Source of the DNA: an uncultured Haloferula sp.
Lineage (GTDB): Bacteria > Verrucomicrobiota > Verrucomicrobiia > Verrucomicrobiales > Akkermansiaceae
Assembly (NCBI GenBank): GCA_965652295.1
Contig: CBFGTS010000002.1
Coordinates: forward strand, 128,001-192,000
DNA length: 64,000 nucleotides
Direction of reading: 5' to 3'
This document shows positions 1 through 8,555 of the stretch, piece by piece. Every line of letters starts with the position of its first letter. Position 1 is the stretch's first letter. The position numbers were made by a program, and so were the translations under genes. The notes beneath the pieces were generated by a model. The model was not told where the DNA came from. It saw nothing but the letters and a program-made list of their open reading frames with translations, and made no database searches.

Positions 1-859
1 TGTCGAAAAACCAATCCACCCACTTCGGATCACCACCGCCAGGTCGGTAGATGGGCTCCAAGGTGATGACGCCCTGCCACGTGGTGCCGATACCCGTATC
101 ATACTGATGCACCGGATCGCTACCGAGCATGCGGAAAACCGGAACATCCAATTGACGTTCCTTCGTCTGCGCAGGCATGAAGGCATTCAGACGGCTCGGA
201 TAGTAGGCTTGATTCCAGTAGCCACCCCACAGCGTGTAGCCATCCGTCCCGCTTTGATCCTTGCAATTGCACGCGGCCGTAATGCCATAGGCATCGTGGA
301 GATAGTTCAGCGTGGGGGCATCGATGATCCAGCAGCCGGCGGAAGTGGGAAGCTTGCCGAAGACCTCCTTGAATTTCGCCATGTACACGTCCATCAGCGC
401 CTTCCTCTCCTCGACCGGATAGCCATGGGTGAAGCCGACGTTCACGTGCCAGTCCCAAGGATAGCGACCCCGCCATTCGAGGCCGGCGGCCTCGACCTGA
501 GGTTGTACGACCTCGATCCACGCGCCGATCTCATCGTCGCTCCCCATTTCACGTTTCAACAAATCCGTGATTTCCGGACGGAGCAAGGCGTCGTACTGGA
601 TCAGCCACGTCGTCGGCAACCGGTGTTTGCGCGCCAGTTCAAGCTGTTTGACGACCGGCTCGACCAGATCGACCTGCTCGCGAGGCTCCATTCCGCGGAT
701 GAAGTTGATGATATTGACGAGGTCCGAGTCATCGTCAGCCCTGACGGATACGCTTATGGAAAGCAGGACCAGAAGACCATGCGTGGCCGTCACCAGCCTT
801 GGCTCGGCATTTCGGAGGGTGAGTGGAAGAAATCTCATCGGTGTGGAGTCCGCGGTCAT
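1..859 (-). CDS. Conserved secreted protein, probable glycoside hydrolase/polysaccharide deacetylase-type barrel (3' end runs off the window)
   Basis: Not in the ORF track because it has no stop in the window. Manual translation from ATG 859 (alternative ATG 838) stays open to position 1: hydrophobic N-terminus, then VNIINFIRGMEPR...TWLIQYDALL...GRYPWDWHVNVGFTHGYPVEERKALMDVYMAKFKEVFG...CNCKDQSGTDGYTLWGGYWNQAYYPSR. This resembles a conserved Bacteroidota/PVC hypothetical family; the fold call is inference. Confidence 0.75.
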   Translation of the reverse strand, partial: MTADSTPMRFLPLTLRNAEPRLVTATHGLLVLLSISVSVRADDDSDLVNIINFIRGMEPREQVDLVEPVVKQLELARKHRLPTTWLIQYDALLRPEITDLLKREMGSDDEIGAWIEVVQPQVEAAGLEWRGRYPWDWHVNVGFTHGYPVEERKALMDVYMAKFKEVFGKLPTSAGCWIIDAPTLNYLHDAYGITAACNCKDQSGTDGYTLWGGYWNQAYYPSRLNAFMPAQTKERQLDVPVFRMLGSDPVHQYDTGIGTTWQGVITLEPIYRPGGGDPKWVDWFFD

Positions 860-932
860 ACGTCGCCGCGTCACCCTCAGGCTACCCCCCGCCGCCCGGC
901 CGGACACTACACGTCCGGGTAGAAATCCGCCC

Positions 933-1568
933 CTACCCGCGGTTTCGAAACTTGATCGCGGCCTCGGTCCTGGAGCGCACGTGCAGCTTCACGTAGATCT
1001 TTTTGAGGTGCCACCGGACCGACTCCACGGAGACATTCAATCGGGCCGCCGCCTCTTTGTTGCTCAGACCGAAAGCGACCAGCTCCAGGACTTCCATTTC
1101 CCGGCGGGTTAGGGTTTCCAGTTCGGCACTCTGCTCCTTCTGTTCGCTGAAATAGCTCATGACCTTCATTGCGACCTCGCCGCTCATCGCTCCCCGACCT
1201 TCGTGGACATCCCGAATGGCGGAAACGACCTCCTCCGGCGCGGAGCGTTTCAACAGATAGCCACAGGCACCCGCGCGCAATGCTCCGAAGATGCGGATGG
1301 GATCCTCATACACCGTGACCATGATGATGAGAATCTCAGGCAGGTTTTCCTTCAGCTGGAGGACGCAGTCGATCCCGGAAAGACCGGGCAATTGAATATC
1401 CATCAATATCACTTCAGGCTTCAGTTTCGGAAGATACTTCAATGCCTCTTCGCCGGATCCACAGGAAGCCACGCACTCAAGATCGGACTCAAGGTCGATG
1501 ATGGCCGTCAAGGCGTCGCGTGTCGTCCTGCTGTCCTCCACCACTGCCACCCGGGTTTTTGCTTTCAT
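933..1568 (-). CDS. NarL/LuxR-family response regulator
   Basis: Receiver domain (VVED, ILMDIQLP, GYLLK) plus LuxR HTH (LTRREMEVLELVAFGLSNKEAA); ATGA overlap with the upstream kinase. Confidence 0.95.
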   Translation of the reverse strand: MKAKTRVAVVEDSRTTRDALTAIIDLESDLECVASCGSGEEALKYLPKLKPEVILMDIQLPGLSGIDCVLQLKENLPEILIIMVTVYEDPIRIFGALRAGACGYLLKRSAPEEVVSAIRDVHEGRGAMSGEVAMKVMSYFSEQKEQSAELETLTRREMEVLELVAFGLSNKEAAARLNVSVESVRWHLKKIYVKLHVRSRTEAAIKFRNRG

Positions 1569-4500
1569 CGTGCTTTCAGGGGAATGTAAAGACTCACCGT
1601 CGTGCCTTCGGAAATCACCGAATCGATCCTGCAGTCACCGCCCAAGGCCCGCATCCGCTCACGCATCCCCGTGAGTCCCTGATGTCCCGGAGAGGCGGGA
1701 TCGCCCATTTCAAAGCCCACTCCGTTGTCGGTGATCGAGACCACCACGAACTCCCCTTCGATCTGAATGGAGGCGTCGATCGCCGTCGCCTGCGAGTGGC
1801 GGACCACGTTGTTGAGGGATTCCTTGAAGGCGAGCAGCAGGGCGTGGCGGCGACGCGAACCAAGCTGCCCGTCCCGAACATTGTCGCCCTGACGGATGCT
1901 ACATTCGATCCCCGCGGGATTGAGCAGCCGCTGCGCCTGGAGCCAGAGATAACTCGCGGCATCATCGACGGAGTCGTAGCTCGGATTGATTGCCCACACG
2001 ATCTCATCGAGCCCTGAAACCAGATCCCTCGCCAAATCACGCAGAGTCCCGAGATAGGCATCCTTCTTTTCGCTCGCCACTTCATGACGCCCTAACAGCG
2101 AGCCCAGCATACCAATTTCGGTCAGCCCCGCGCCGAGTTCATCATGGAGATCCCGTGCCACTCGTGCCCTTTCTTCTTCCAACTTTCTCTGGGTTTCCAC
2201 CTGTTCCCGCTCGTGGATTTCAATCGCTAACTCGTTGGTACGACGCGCCACCAACCGGTGAAGCACCATCGCCCATGCCGCCACCAATCCGAGCCCGGCA
2301 AGCAAGGCGAGCGCGAGGATCGCGAGACGCCGGGAGTTCCACCACGGAGGCATCGCCAAGACCTCGATCCCGCCCGCATCCGCCAGCCTCAGCTCAAATT
2401 CGGAACTCTCCGCAGGACTCGATCCAAGCCCGGCGAAATAAACGCCCGCCAGTCTCACGCGGGAGTCGCGGGGCAGCAGATCTGATCCCAGCTCGGTCGC
2501 CAGCCCGGCTGCCAGAAACCGCAGGTCGCCCGCCTCCAGTTCCAATCTTCTTTCCCGCTGCTGGAGCGTGTCGCTCACCACTTTCGCCTCGACGGAAACC
2601 ATCTGCCCGTCCAGCTCAATTCCTCTTAACTCCGACGGTTCCACCCTGCGGGCCGCTGGCAGGCTGCCGCGTTTCTCCACCTTCACCGTAGCGCGAACCA
2701 GGACCGGCGAGATCGCCCCGAGACGAGGGAAACCCGCCGCATCGATCACATCACCCAACTCGGCCGGCAAAACTTCCGGACTGTCTAGGCGGAGCACGTT
2801 TTCGCCATCGGAAATGAGATGTAGATTTCCCCGGCTGGCCATGAGACGCCCGCGCAGCCGGACCCGTTTCAGCGCGGTCGATTTCGTCGTGAACCGCCAC
2901 AAGTCGGGAATCTCGATCCGCGGGCTTGCCTTGAAGTCCGCCGGCGCGGGCTCGACCACGGACAGCCCGGCATTTCCGAGGAAAAACTCGCCCAGGTGAA
3001 GCCGGTTGCCGCTGATGTCCCAATTCGGTGCGAACACCCCGCGCATCCGCACCCGGGCACCGATCATCGACCGACGGTTCGCCTCGCTTTGTAAGCCCTC
3101 CGGCAGCGGGTAAAGGTGAGCCTCCTTGATGGTCGCCACGCCTTCATACGTCAGCAGATCGACGCCTGCCTCCGTCGCGGCGATAATCACGCCCTCGATC
3201 TCCACGCGCTCTGCATCCAGCATGCCGTTGAGGATCTCCTCCCACGTCGGTCGTCGAGGCTCGGGCAGGGCACCGAAACCTAATAGAATCTCCTTTTCCG
3301 AAACGACGATCGGCGAGAAGTCTCCGCGCTTTGTCACGCCTTCGACCCGCCACCGTTCTCCCGGCACTGGAATCGGACTCAGGTTGGCATCGCCCCCGGC
3401 GAGCACGAAGATCCCTCCACTATCGTCCTGCAACACGAGGGAGCGGCTGTTGGCCATGGTCACTACTCCTTCCAAAACCACCGGATGGGCGCAGTCGGCA
3501 TCTTCGGGCTGGAGCTCGCGCACCTCGAACGCCCGCATCAGCGGGCCGCTTCGCGAATTGGCCGACCCTACTGGGGAAAACAAGGCAGAGGTGAGCGAAC
3601 AGATGCCTCCCGGATAATTCATTCCGGACACCCTCAGCCGGGATCCCACCCACTGGGCGGGATCCATGCCGCCTGACTCCAGCACACACACCTCCACCCG
3701 TGTAGAATCGACCAGCAGCTCCAGCCGCATCCCCTCCTTATCAGGGGCAGCATAGGTAACCGCCCCGCTTCGAGTCTCCCAACTGTATGGCTTTCTTTGC
3801 GCCGCTCCTTTCGACGCAGCTGGCGGATCGATCCGTTTCCACGCCGGAATCGATCGGCCGACGTAGACTTGCGCACCGTCGTCGCAGGTGAGCCGCAACT
3901 GGTGGATCCCCGGCTCCTCAACCAACATGACTCCCGAAAAGCGCAGCGCCACATCGTCGCGACCGGCATAGGGAGTTGCGTCGATCGTTGGAACTGTCCC
4001 TTCAGCTTCCGCACCGGTTTCTGGAATCTCCGTCACCGAGACGATCGCCGGAACGGTATATTTCTCGATATGCAATCCCTCCGTCTCCCCTTCCTGAGAA
4101 GGTCTGAACCACGACTTATCCGGAGATCTCCAACCCTGTCCGGAACGACGGATTTCAAGCTCCAGATTCGAGGTCGCCTGACCATTGAACCACTCCAACA
4201 AAAAGGGCTGGCTTCCTTTTTCGAGATACACCGCCCCCTCCTCGGTCAAGGGAGGGTGCCTCCCGTCCAGATCAATCACCGGCCCGAGTCCGCATTCGAT
4301 CACGCAGCCACGCTGGGAAAAGGAACAGAGTTTGAAGTCGAGTTGCACCCCAGCCCCCGGCGCGAGCCCGGCCCATGCCTCGTCGGGCAAGGTCAGCCGA
4401 AGAATTGCCGCCGAAGTCTCGTCCTCCACCGCCAGATGACCGCCGTTTCGATCCAGATCGAGGACTTTCGCCTGAATCGTCAGATCCAAGGGTGGTGTGC

Positions 4501-4639
4501 GCTGGTCCTTCACCATCGTCAGCAATGGGCCAAGCCGCGTCACCTCACCCCGCGAAGGCACCCATGGCAGACACAGTGCCAAGAAACAGATCCGCCCCAA
4601 CAACGAGCGGCGCAGGGTTTCGAAAGTTCGCAATCGCAA
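1565..4639 (-). CDS. Membrane sensor histidine kinase (HisKA_3/HATPase) with extracytoplasmic OB-fold-like repeats and a PA14-like domain
   Basis: Signal peptide; TM helix after PPWW; H-box RVARDLHDELGAGLT; KESLNNVVRHS, ITDNGVGF and GLTGMRER motifs; PA14 motifs ALRFSG..V...G...LRLTCDDG and VIDLDGRH. Confidence 0.92.
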   Translation of the reverse strand: MRLRTFETLRRSLLGRICFLALCLPWVPSRGEVTRLGPLLTMVKDQRTPPLDLTIQAKVLDLDRNGGHLAVEDETSAAILRLTLPDEAWAGLAPGAGVQLDFKLCSFSQRGCVIECGLGPVIDLDGRHPPLTEEGAVYLEKGSQPFLLEWFNGQATSNLELEIRRSGQGWRSPDKSWFRPSQEGETEGLHIEKYTVPAIVSVTEIPETGAEAEGTVPTIDATPYAGRDDVALRFSGVMLVEEPGIHQLRLTCDDGAQVYVGRSIPAWKRIDPPAASKGAAQRKPYSWETRSGAVTYAAPDKEGMRLELLVDSTRVEVCVLESGGMDPAQWVGSRLRVSGMNYPGGICSLTSALFSPVGSANSRSGPLMRAFEVRELQPEDADCAHPVVLEGVVTMANSRSLVLQDDSGGIFVLAGGDANLSPIPVPGERWRVEGVTKRGDFSPIVVSEKEILLGFGALPEPRRPTWEEILNGMLDAERVEIEGVIIAATEAGVDLLTYEGVATIKEAHLYPLPEGLQSEANRRSMIGARVRMRGVFAPNWDISGNRLHLGEFFLGNAGLSVVEPAPADFKASPRIEIPDLWRFTTKSTALKRVRLRGRLMASRGNLHLISDGENVLRLDSPEVLPAELGDVIDAAGFPRLGAISPVLVRATVKVEKRGSLPAARRVEPSELRGIELDGQMVSVEAKVVSDTLQQRERRLELEAGDLRFLAAGLATELGSDLLPRDSRVRLAGVYFAGLGSSPAESSEFELRLADAGGIEVLAMPPWWNSRRLAILALALLAGLGLVAAWAMVLHRLVARRTNELAIEIHEREQVETQRKLEEERARVARDLHDELGAGLTEIGMLGSLLGRHEVASEKKDAYLGTLRDLARDLVSGLDEIVWAINPSYDSVDDAASYLWLQAQRLLNPAGIECSIRQGDNVRDGQLGSRRRHALLLAFKESLNNVVRHSQATAIDASIQIEGEFVVVSITDNGVGFEMGDPASPGHQGLTGMRERMRALGGDCRIDSVISEGTTVSLYIPLKAR

Positions 4640-4789
4640 GGGCTCGAAAATGATCCTCGATACAAGATGCCCTTGCGAGCAAGTTCTGCCGGGCGCTCCA
4701 CATTCTACCCAGTAGGGTGGGCTGACTGACAGGAAATCGAGTCACGTCCCCCGCTCGACACATTCGGTGACCGGAGCGAATCTCCCCGC

Positions 4790-5272
4790 ATGAACTCTTC
4801 CGGTCTCCTCGCGAACGCCTTGGCGATCCTTTCCTCAGTCAGTTGCACGACTCCGGACCCACCGGTTCCGAGGACCATCCCCGTACCCTACCCCGCCCGC
4901 GACACCCGTCCGGTTTCTTCACCTCGTCCCTCTGAGGGGGAAATCACCTCGATCGATCTCGCCACTCTCTTCGAGCTGATCGAGTCCGACCGCGTCCTCC
5001 TCTTCGACGTCCGTCCTGGCTTCGTCCAACGCTTCGGCACCATTCCAGGTGCAATCGGGTGGCCGAAGAACGATTTCACGGCCGGGCTTTCCCGTCACGA
5101 AGCAGAGATCGCCGCCGCACGTCAGAACGGCAAGCAGGTCGTCCTCTACTGCACCGACTCCGCCTGTCCCGACGCCCGCACCGTGGCCGAACGACTGGCA
5201 GGACGCGGGCACAGCGTATCGATCTTCGAGGGCGGCTACGCCGAATGGAAATCTTCCGGACTGGACGGCTGA
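4790..5272 (+). CDS. Rhodanese-like lipoprotein
   Basis: Lipobox-like SVSC; LLFDVRP, TIPGAI, VVLYCTDSAC and IFEGGYAEW rhodanese motifs. Confidence 0.85.
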   Translation: MNSSGLLANALAILSSVSCTTPDPPVPRTIPVPYPARDTRPVSSPRPSEGEITSIDLATLFELIESDRVLLFDVRPGFVQRFGTIPGAIGWPKNDFTAGLSRHEAEIAAARQNGKQVVLYCTDSACPDARTVAERLAGRGHSVSIFEGGYAEWKSSGLDG

Positions 5273-5291
5273 GCCCCACCCGCCCGCAGTC

Positions 5292-6125
5292 TCACCCCGC
5301 GCATGTCCGGCCCGTCCAGGCCCACAGCGTCGGATCGAGCGCTTCTCTTGCCCCTGCGATCAACCCCGTCACGTCGGCCTCTTCGGCGACCACGGCGAAC
5401 ATCGTCGAACCCGAGCCGCTCATCAACGCCGCCTCGACTCCGTTCTGACTTCGCAACCACTCCTTCACCTCCGCGAGAAACAAGTGCTTTTCAAAGACCG
5501 GACGTTCCAGATCATTGACCAGTTCACCCCACCGGCCTGCCTGCGGAGCGTAATCCACTTCCGGCAACTCCTGGGAGTCCAGCCACCGACCGTAGGCATC
5601 CGGCGTTGAAACCCCGAAACCGGGTTTCAATAGCAGCACCCGTAGCGAGGGCAGTGCCGGCCCCTTTTCGATCACCTCACCCCGTCCTCCCACACGCGCC
5701 ACCGGAGGGCCTAGGAAAAACGGAATGTCCGAGCCAAGGCGGGCTCCGAGAACCCGTAGCGCCGGCCCGTCCAAGCCAGCATCGAAAAGCTCGTTCAGGC
5801 CCGACAACATCGCGGCCGCATCACTGCTTCCTCCTCCCAATCCCGCTCCGTGTGGCACCCGCTTTTCGAGCTTCACCGACACCGCATCGCCCAAGCCCGT
5901 CTCTTTGCGAAAGCATTCCAACGCCCGCAGCACGAGATTGCTGCCATCCGCCGGCACACCGGGCGCGTCGCATTCGAACCGGTCCGCATCCGAGCGCTCG
6001 ATCTCCAACCGATCCGCCAAACCATCGAGCCGGGTCATCACCGAGTCGATCTCGTGGAATCCGTCGTCGCGCCGACGCACGACCCGGAGGGACAGGTTGA
6101 GCTTCGCAGGTGCGTCCAGAATCAC
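5292..6125 (-). CDS. ispE: 4-diphosphocytidyl-2-C-methyl-D-erythritol kinase
   Basis: APAKLNLSL..RRDDGFHEI, KRVPHGAGLGGGSSDAA, LGSDIPFF and MSGSGST GHMP-kinase motifs. Confidence 0.97.
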   Translation of the reverse strand: MILDAPAKLNLSLRVVRRRDDGFHEIDSVMTRLDGLADRLEIERSDADRFECDAPGVPADGSNLVLRALECFRKETGLGDAVSVKLEKRVPHGAGLGGGSSDAAAMLSGLNELFDAGLDGPALRVLGARLGSDIPFFLGPPVARVGGRGEVIEKGPALPSLRVLLLKPGFGVSTPDAYGRWLDSQELPEVDYAPQAGRWGELVNDLERPVFEKHLFLAEVKEWLRSQNGVEAALMSGSGSTMFAVVAEEADVTGLIAGAREALDPTLWAWTGRTCAG

Positions 6126-6132
6126 GCGCGCA

Positions 6133-6843
6133 TCATGCCTCTCCGCCGCACCGGATCAATGCCAACATCCGTCCCGTCCTGCCCTTCTCAATACGATAGC
6201 TGTAGTAGCTTTCCGGATCCGCCGCCGTGTCACACCCGCTGTCGTGAAACTCCCCCACCCCCGCAGCGCTAGCCTGGCGGGCGATCTCAGCCGCGAAGTC
6301 CACCTCGTAATGCGGCGGCCGGATGCACGGGGAAAGCACCGCCACCAGATCCGCCGGACGCGTGCCAAAACGATCGCGCATCGCCGCCACCGCCACCGTC
6401 AGAATTCCCAGTTCCGTGCCCTTCTTACCCGAGTGCAGCAGCCCCACCGCGCCGCTCCCGCGGTCCGCCAGCCAGATCGCTCCGCAGTCCGCCACGTAGA
6501 TTCCCAGCAACTCTCCCGGCACGTTCGTGATCAACCCGTCCACGCCGGGCACCACGGGCATGCCGTCCTCGCCCGGGATCGCTTCCGCCGCCGGAACCAT
6601 TGCCACGCCGGCCCCATGCACCTGCTCCGCCCGCCACCACGCCGACGCTCCCAGGTCCCGCGCCACCACCGCTTCATGAACCGGCAGAAGCCGCCTCAAC
6701 ACCTCACCCCGATCCACGTCCACCTCCACGCCATCCACACGGCCGATCCATCCCGCCTCCACGCCCTCGACGGATCGGAGCGGATTCAGGAAAGCAACCT
6801 CCGTTAAGGATGGCTCGCTGAAATGGAATCGTGTGCTCTCCAC
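6133..6843 (-). CDS. pgeF: YfiH/PgeF (laccase-domain, polyphenol oxidase family) protein; start uncertain
   Basis: EQVHG, DGLITN, VADC, LHSG, YYSYR and GRMLA motifs. Confidence 0.85.
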   Translation of the reverse strand: MESTRFHFSEPSLTEVAFLNPLRSVEGVEAGWIGRVDGVEVDVDRGEVLRRLLPVHEAVVARDLGASAWWRAEQVHGAGVAMVPAAEAIPGEDGMPVVPGVDGLITNVPGELLGIYVADCGAIWLADRGSGAVGLLHSGKKGTELGILTVAVAAMRDRFGTRPADLVAVLSPCIRPPHYEVDFAAEIARQASAAGVGEFHDSGCDTAADPESYYSYRIEKGRTGRMLALIRCGGEA

Positions 6844-6942
6844 AGCCCCGGATTTAACCCCGGCTCACCGCCATGGAAAGAACGGACGTCTTTTCCGGAA
6901 TCAGCCCCCGTCACGTCCGCACCTCCAACCTACTGGAGTGCA

Positions 6943-6985
6943 CAAAAAGAAAGCCTCCGCTACGGCCTTGGGCCGCAACGGAGGC
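6943..6985 (-). terminator. Intrinsic terminator of the MarR gene
   Basis: Minus strand GCCTCCGTTGCGGCC-CAA-GGCCGTAGCGGAGGC followed by TTTCTTTTT. Confidence 0.8.
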
Positions 6986-7031
6986 ATGGAAAACCGACAA
7001 ACGGGGGGAATGTCAGCGATTGGGCATAGCC

Positions 7032-7490
7032 TCAGGCCATTTCACGGCTCTTCAGCGCACGCTTGGTGTGCTCGACCGCTTCGGCTTGGTCCTCGTCCAT
7101 TTCCGCGAGGACACCGGCCAGGTCGCTGGCGATCTCCTTGCGCATTTTGGAAACGAGTTCGACGCCCTTCTGCGTGATGCGAACCATGATCTTCCGGCGA
7201 TCCTCGGCCGCATGGACGCGCTCCACATAGGAGAGCTTTTCCAAACGGTCCACAAGGCCGGTCGCGGCGGCAGTCGAGTGACCCATCTTTTTGGCGATAT
7301 CCGACATGGTCAGATATTCCTCGCTTGCAAGATAGGCCAACAAGAAGAACTGCGGGAACGACACGTTGCCCTTGTTGAGGCTCGTTGAGAGGTTCAGGAT
7401 GCAGCTACGCTGCGTGAAGAGGACGAAGTCGGCTAGGCGGTTAGCATCGGCATGCAGGGAAGGGCTTTCGCCCGGGGTGCTCAGTTTCAT
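7032..7490 (-). CDS. MarR-family transcriptional regulator
   Basis: LTMSDIAKKMGHSTAAATGLVDRLEK and DRRKIMVRITQKG winged-helix signature. Confidence 0.93.
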   Translation of the reverse strand: MKLSTPGESPSLHADANRLADFVLFTQRSCILNLSTSLNKGNVSFPQFFLLAYLASEEYLTMSDIAKKMGHSTAAATGLVDRLEKLSYVERVHAAEDRRKIMVRITQKGVELVSKMRKEIASDLAGVLAEMDEDQAEAVEHTKRALKSREMA

Positions 7491-7669
7491 GGCTGGTTGT
7501 AGTGTTCATGGTTCGGGACAAGTAAGGGAGCACAGCCTTTGCGGTGCGGAGACTAGCAACCGCTGCGGACCGTAAGCAAGGATTAATTATAAAAAATCCG
7601 CATTCTACCTCGCCCCGCACGCCCGGCTGCATCTCCGAATACGCCTTCTAACGCGAAAAGTTTTGAAAC

Positions 7670-8071
7670 TCAGGGACCTGCCGCCGGCGGGGCCGCTGCC
7701 GGGATGGGAGGTTCCGGCGTTTCATCCGCCTCCTCCCCGGGCATCGGTCGGGCATAAACGGCGTCCCCCACCGCCACCGTTCCACCGTGGATGTCCGCGG
7801 CCGCAAACCGTCCCAACCGCTCTCCGCTCACCTTCAAGGAGCCCGCCCGCCCTTCGGGGCCGTGCGTCGTCAGGAGCAGATCCCGACCGAGCTGCACCTC
7901 GCCGAAGGTCTCCACCAGCACGAAGTCGTCCCCCCGGTGGACCGAAGCCACCTTGCCCACCAACCGCGGCCGCGTAGCCGAAGCAGGCTCCGCGTCCTCC
8001 TCCGAGTCCGCGCTCCCGCACGAAGCGCAACCGAGCACCAGCAGAACGATCCATGGAAGCCATCGCAACAT
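7670..8071 (-). CDS. Hypothetical lipoprotein
   Basis: ATG 8071 gives MLRWLPWIVLLVLGCASC (signal plus lipobox); Pro/Ala-rich tail. Confidence 0.65.
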   Translation of the reverse strand: MLRWLPWIVLLVLGCASCGSADSEEDAEPASATRPRLVGKVASVHRGDDFVLVETFGEVQLGRDLLLTTHGPEGRAGSLKVSGERLGRFAAADIHGGTVAVGDAVYARPMPGEEADETPEPPIPAAAPPAAGP

Positions 8072-8191
8072 GCCCTTCACCCCACACCAGCGGCTTCGCT
8101 CATGCAAGCCATCGGAAAACCTGAAAATGTTTCGCCGAACCGATTGACGCGAACCTCCGGCTGTGGTTCAACCCGTCCGACCCCAACCTAC

Positions 8192-8282
8192 GGATCGGTG
8201 GCTGAGTGGTCGAAAGCACACCTTTGCTAAAGGTGCGTACCTCAAAAGGGTACCGAGGGTTCGAATCCCTCCCGGTCCGCCA
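8192..8282 (+). tRNA. tRNA-Ser(GCT)
   Basis: Acceptor stem GGATCGG/CCGGTCC; anticodon arm CACCT-TTGCTAA-AGGTG; long variable arm GTACC..GGTAC; T-arm GAGGG-TTCGAAT-CCCTC; G discriminator and encoded CCA. Confidence 0.97.
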
Positions 8283-8555
8283 CGACCCCTGCTCAACTCG
8301 CTTGGGCAGGGGTCGTGGCGTTCTGGAGTGGGAGGCAGTCCCTACCGAAGCGAAGCGCAGGAGGGTTTAAAACGGGAAGCCGATCGCATCGGCGACATCC
8401 TCCGGCGAACGCAGCGAGCGAAACAGGTTTGGCGTGAGGAGCCAGCGACGAGGGCCATTCAGCGGGAGCTTCGCGACCGGTTCCTTCCCTGCGAGCGGCC
8501 CGAGCACATCCTGGAATGGCCGGAGCGGAGCGAAGGTAATCCCTCCCGGTCCGCC
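8283..8555 (+). repeat. tRNA-linked structured element ending in an 18-bp copy of the tRNA 3' end (rtT-like architecture)
   Basis: AATCCCTCCCGGTCCGCC occurs at 8264-8281 and 8538-8555; several internal inverted repeats; GCGAAGCG/GCAGCGAGCG-type motifs. Confidence 0.75.

Noticed and set aside
107..922. Plus-strand track ORF of 271 aa
   Set aside because: Antisense shadow of the real minus-strand gene (859 to <1), which has a signal peptide and conserved-looking motifs.
7441..7509. Short out-of-frame ORF (MNTTTSHETEHPGRKPFPACRC) overlapping the MarR start as a possible leader peptide
   Set aside because: No attenuator structure or other support; short ORFs like this arise by chance.
8264..8555. 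Prophage or genomic island attL/attR at tRNA-Ser
   Set aside because: Only about 256 bp lie between the repeats and there is no integrase; kept as a tRNA-linked element instead.
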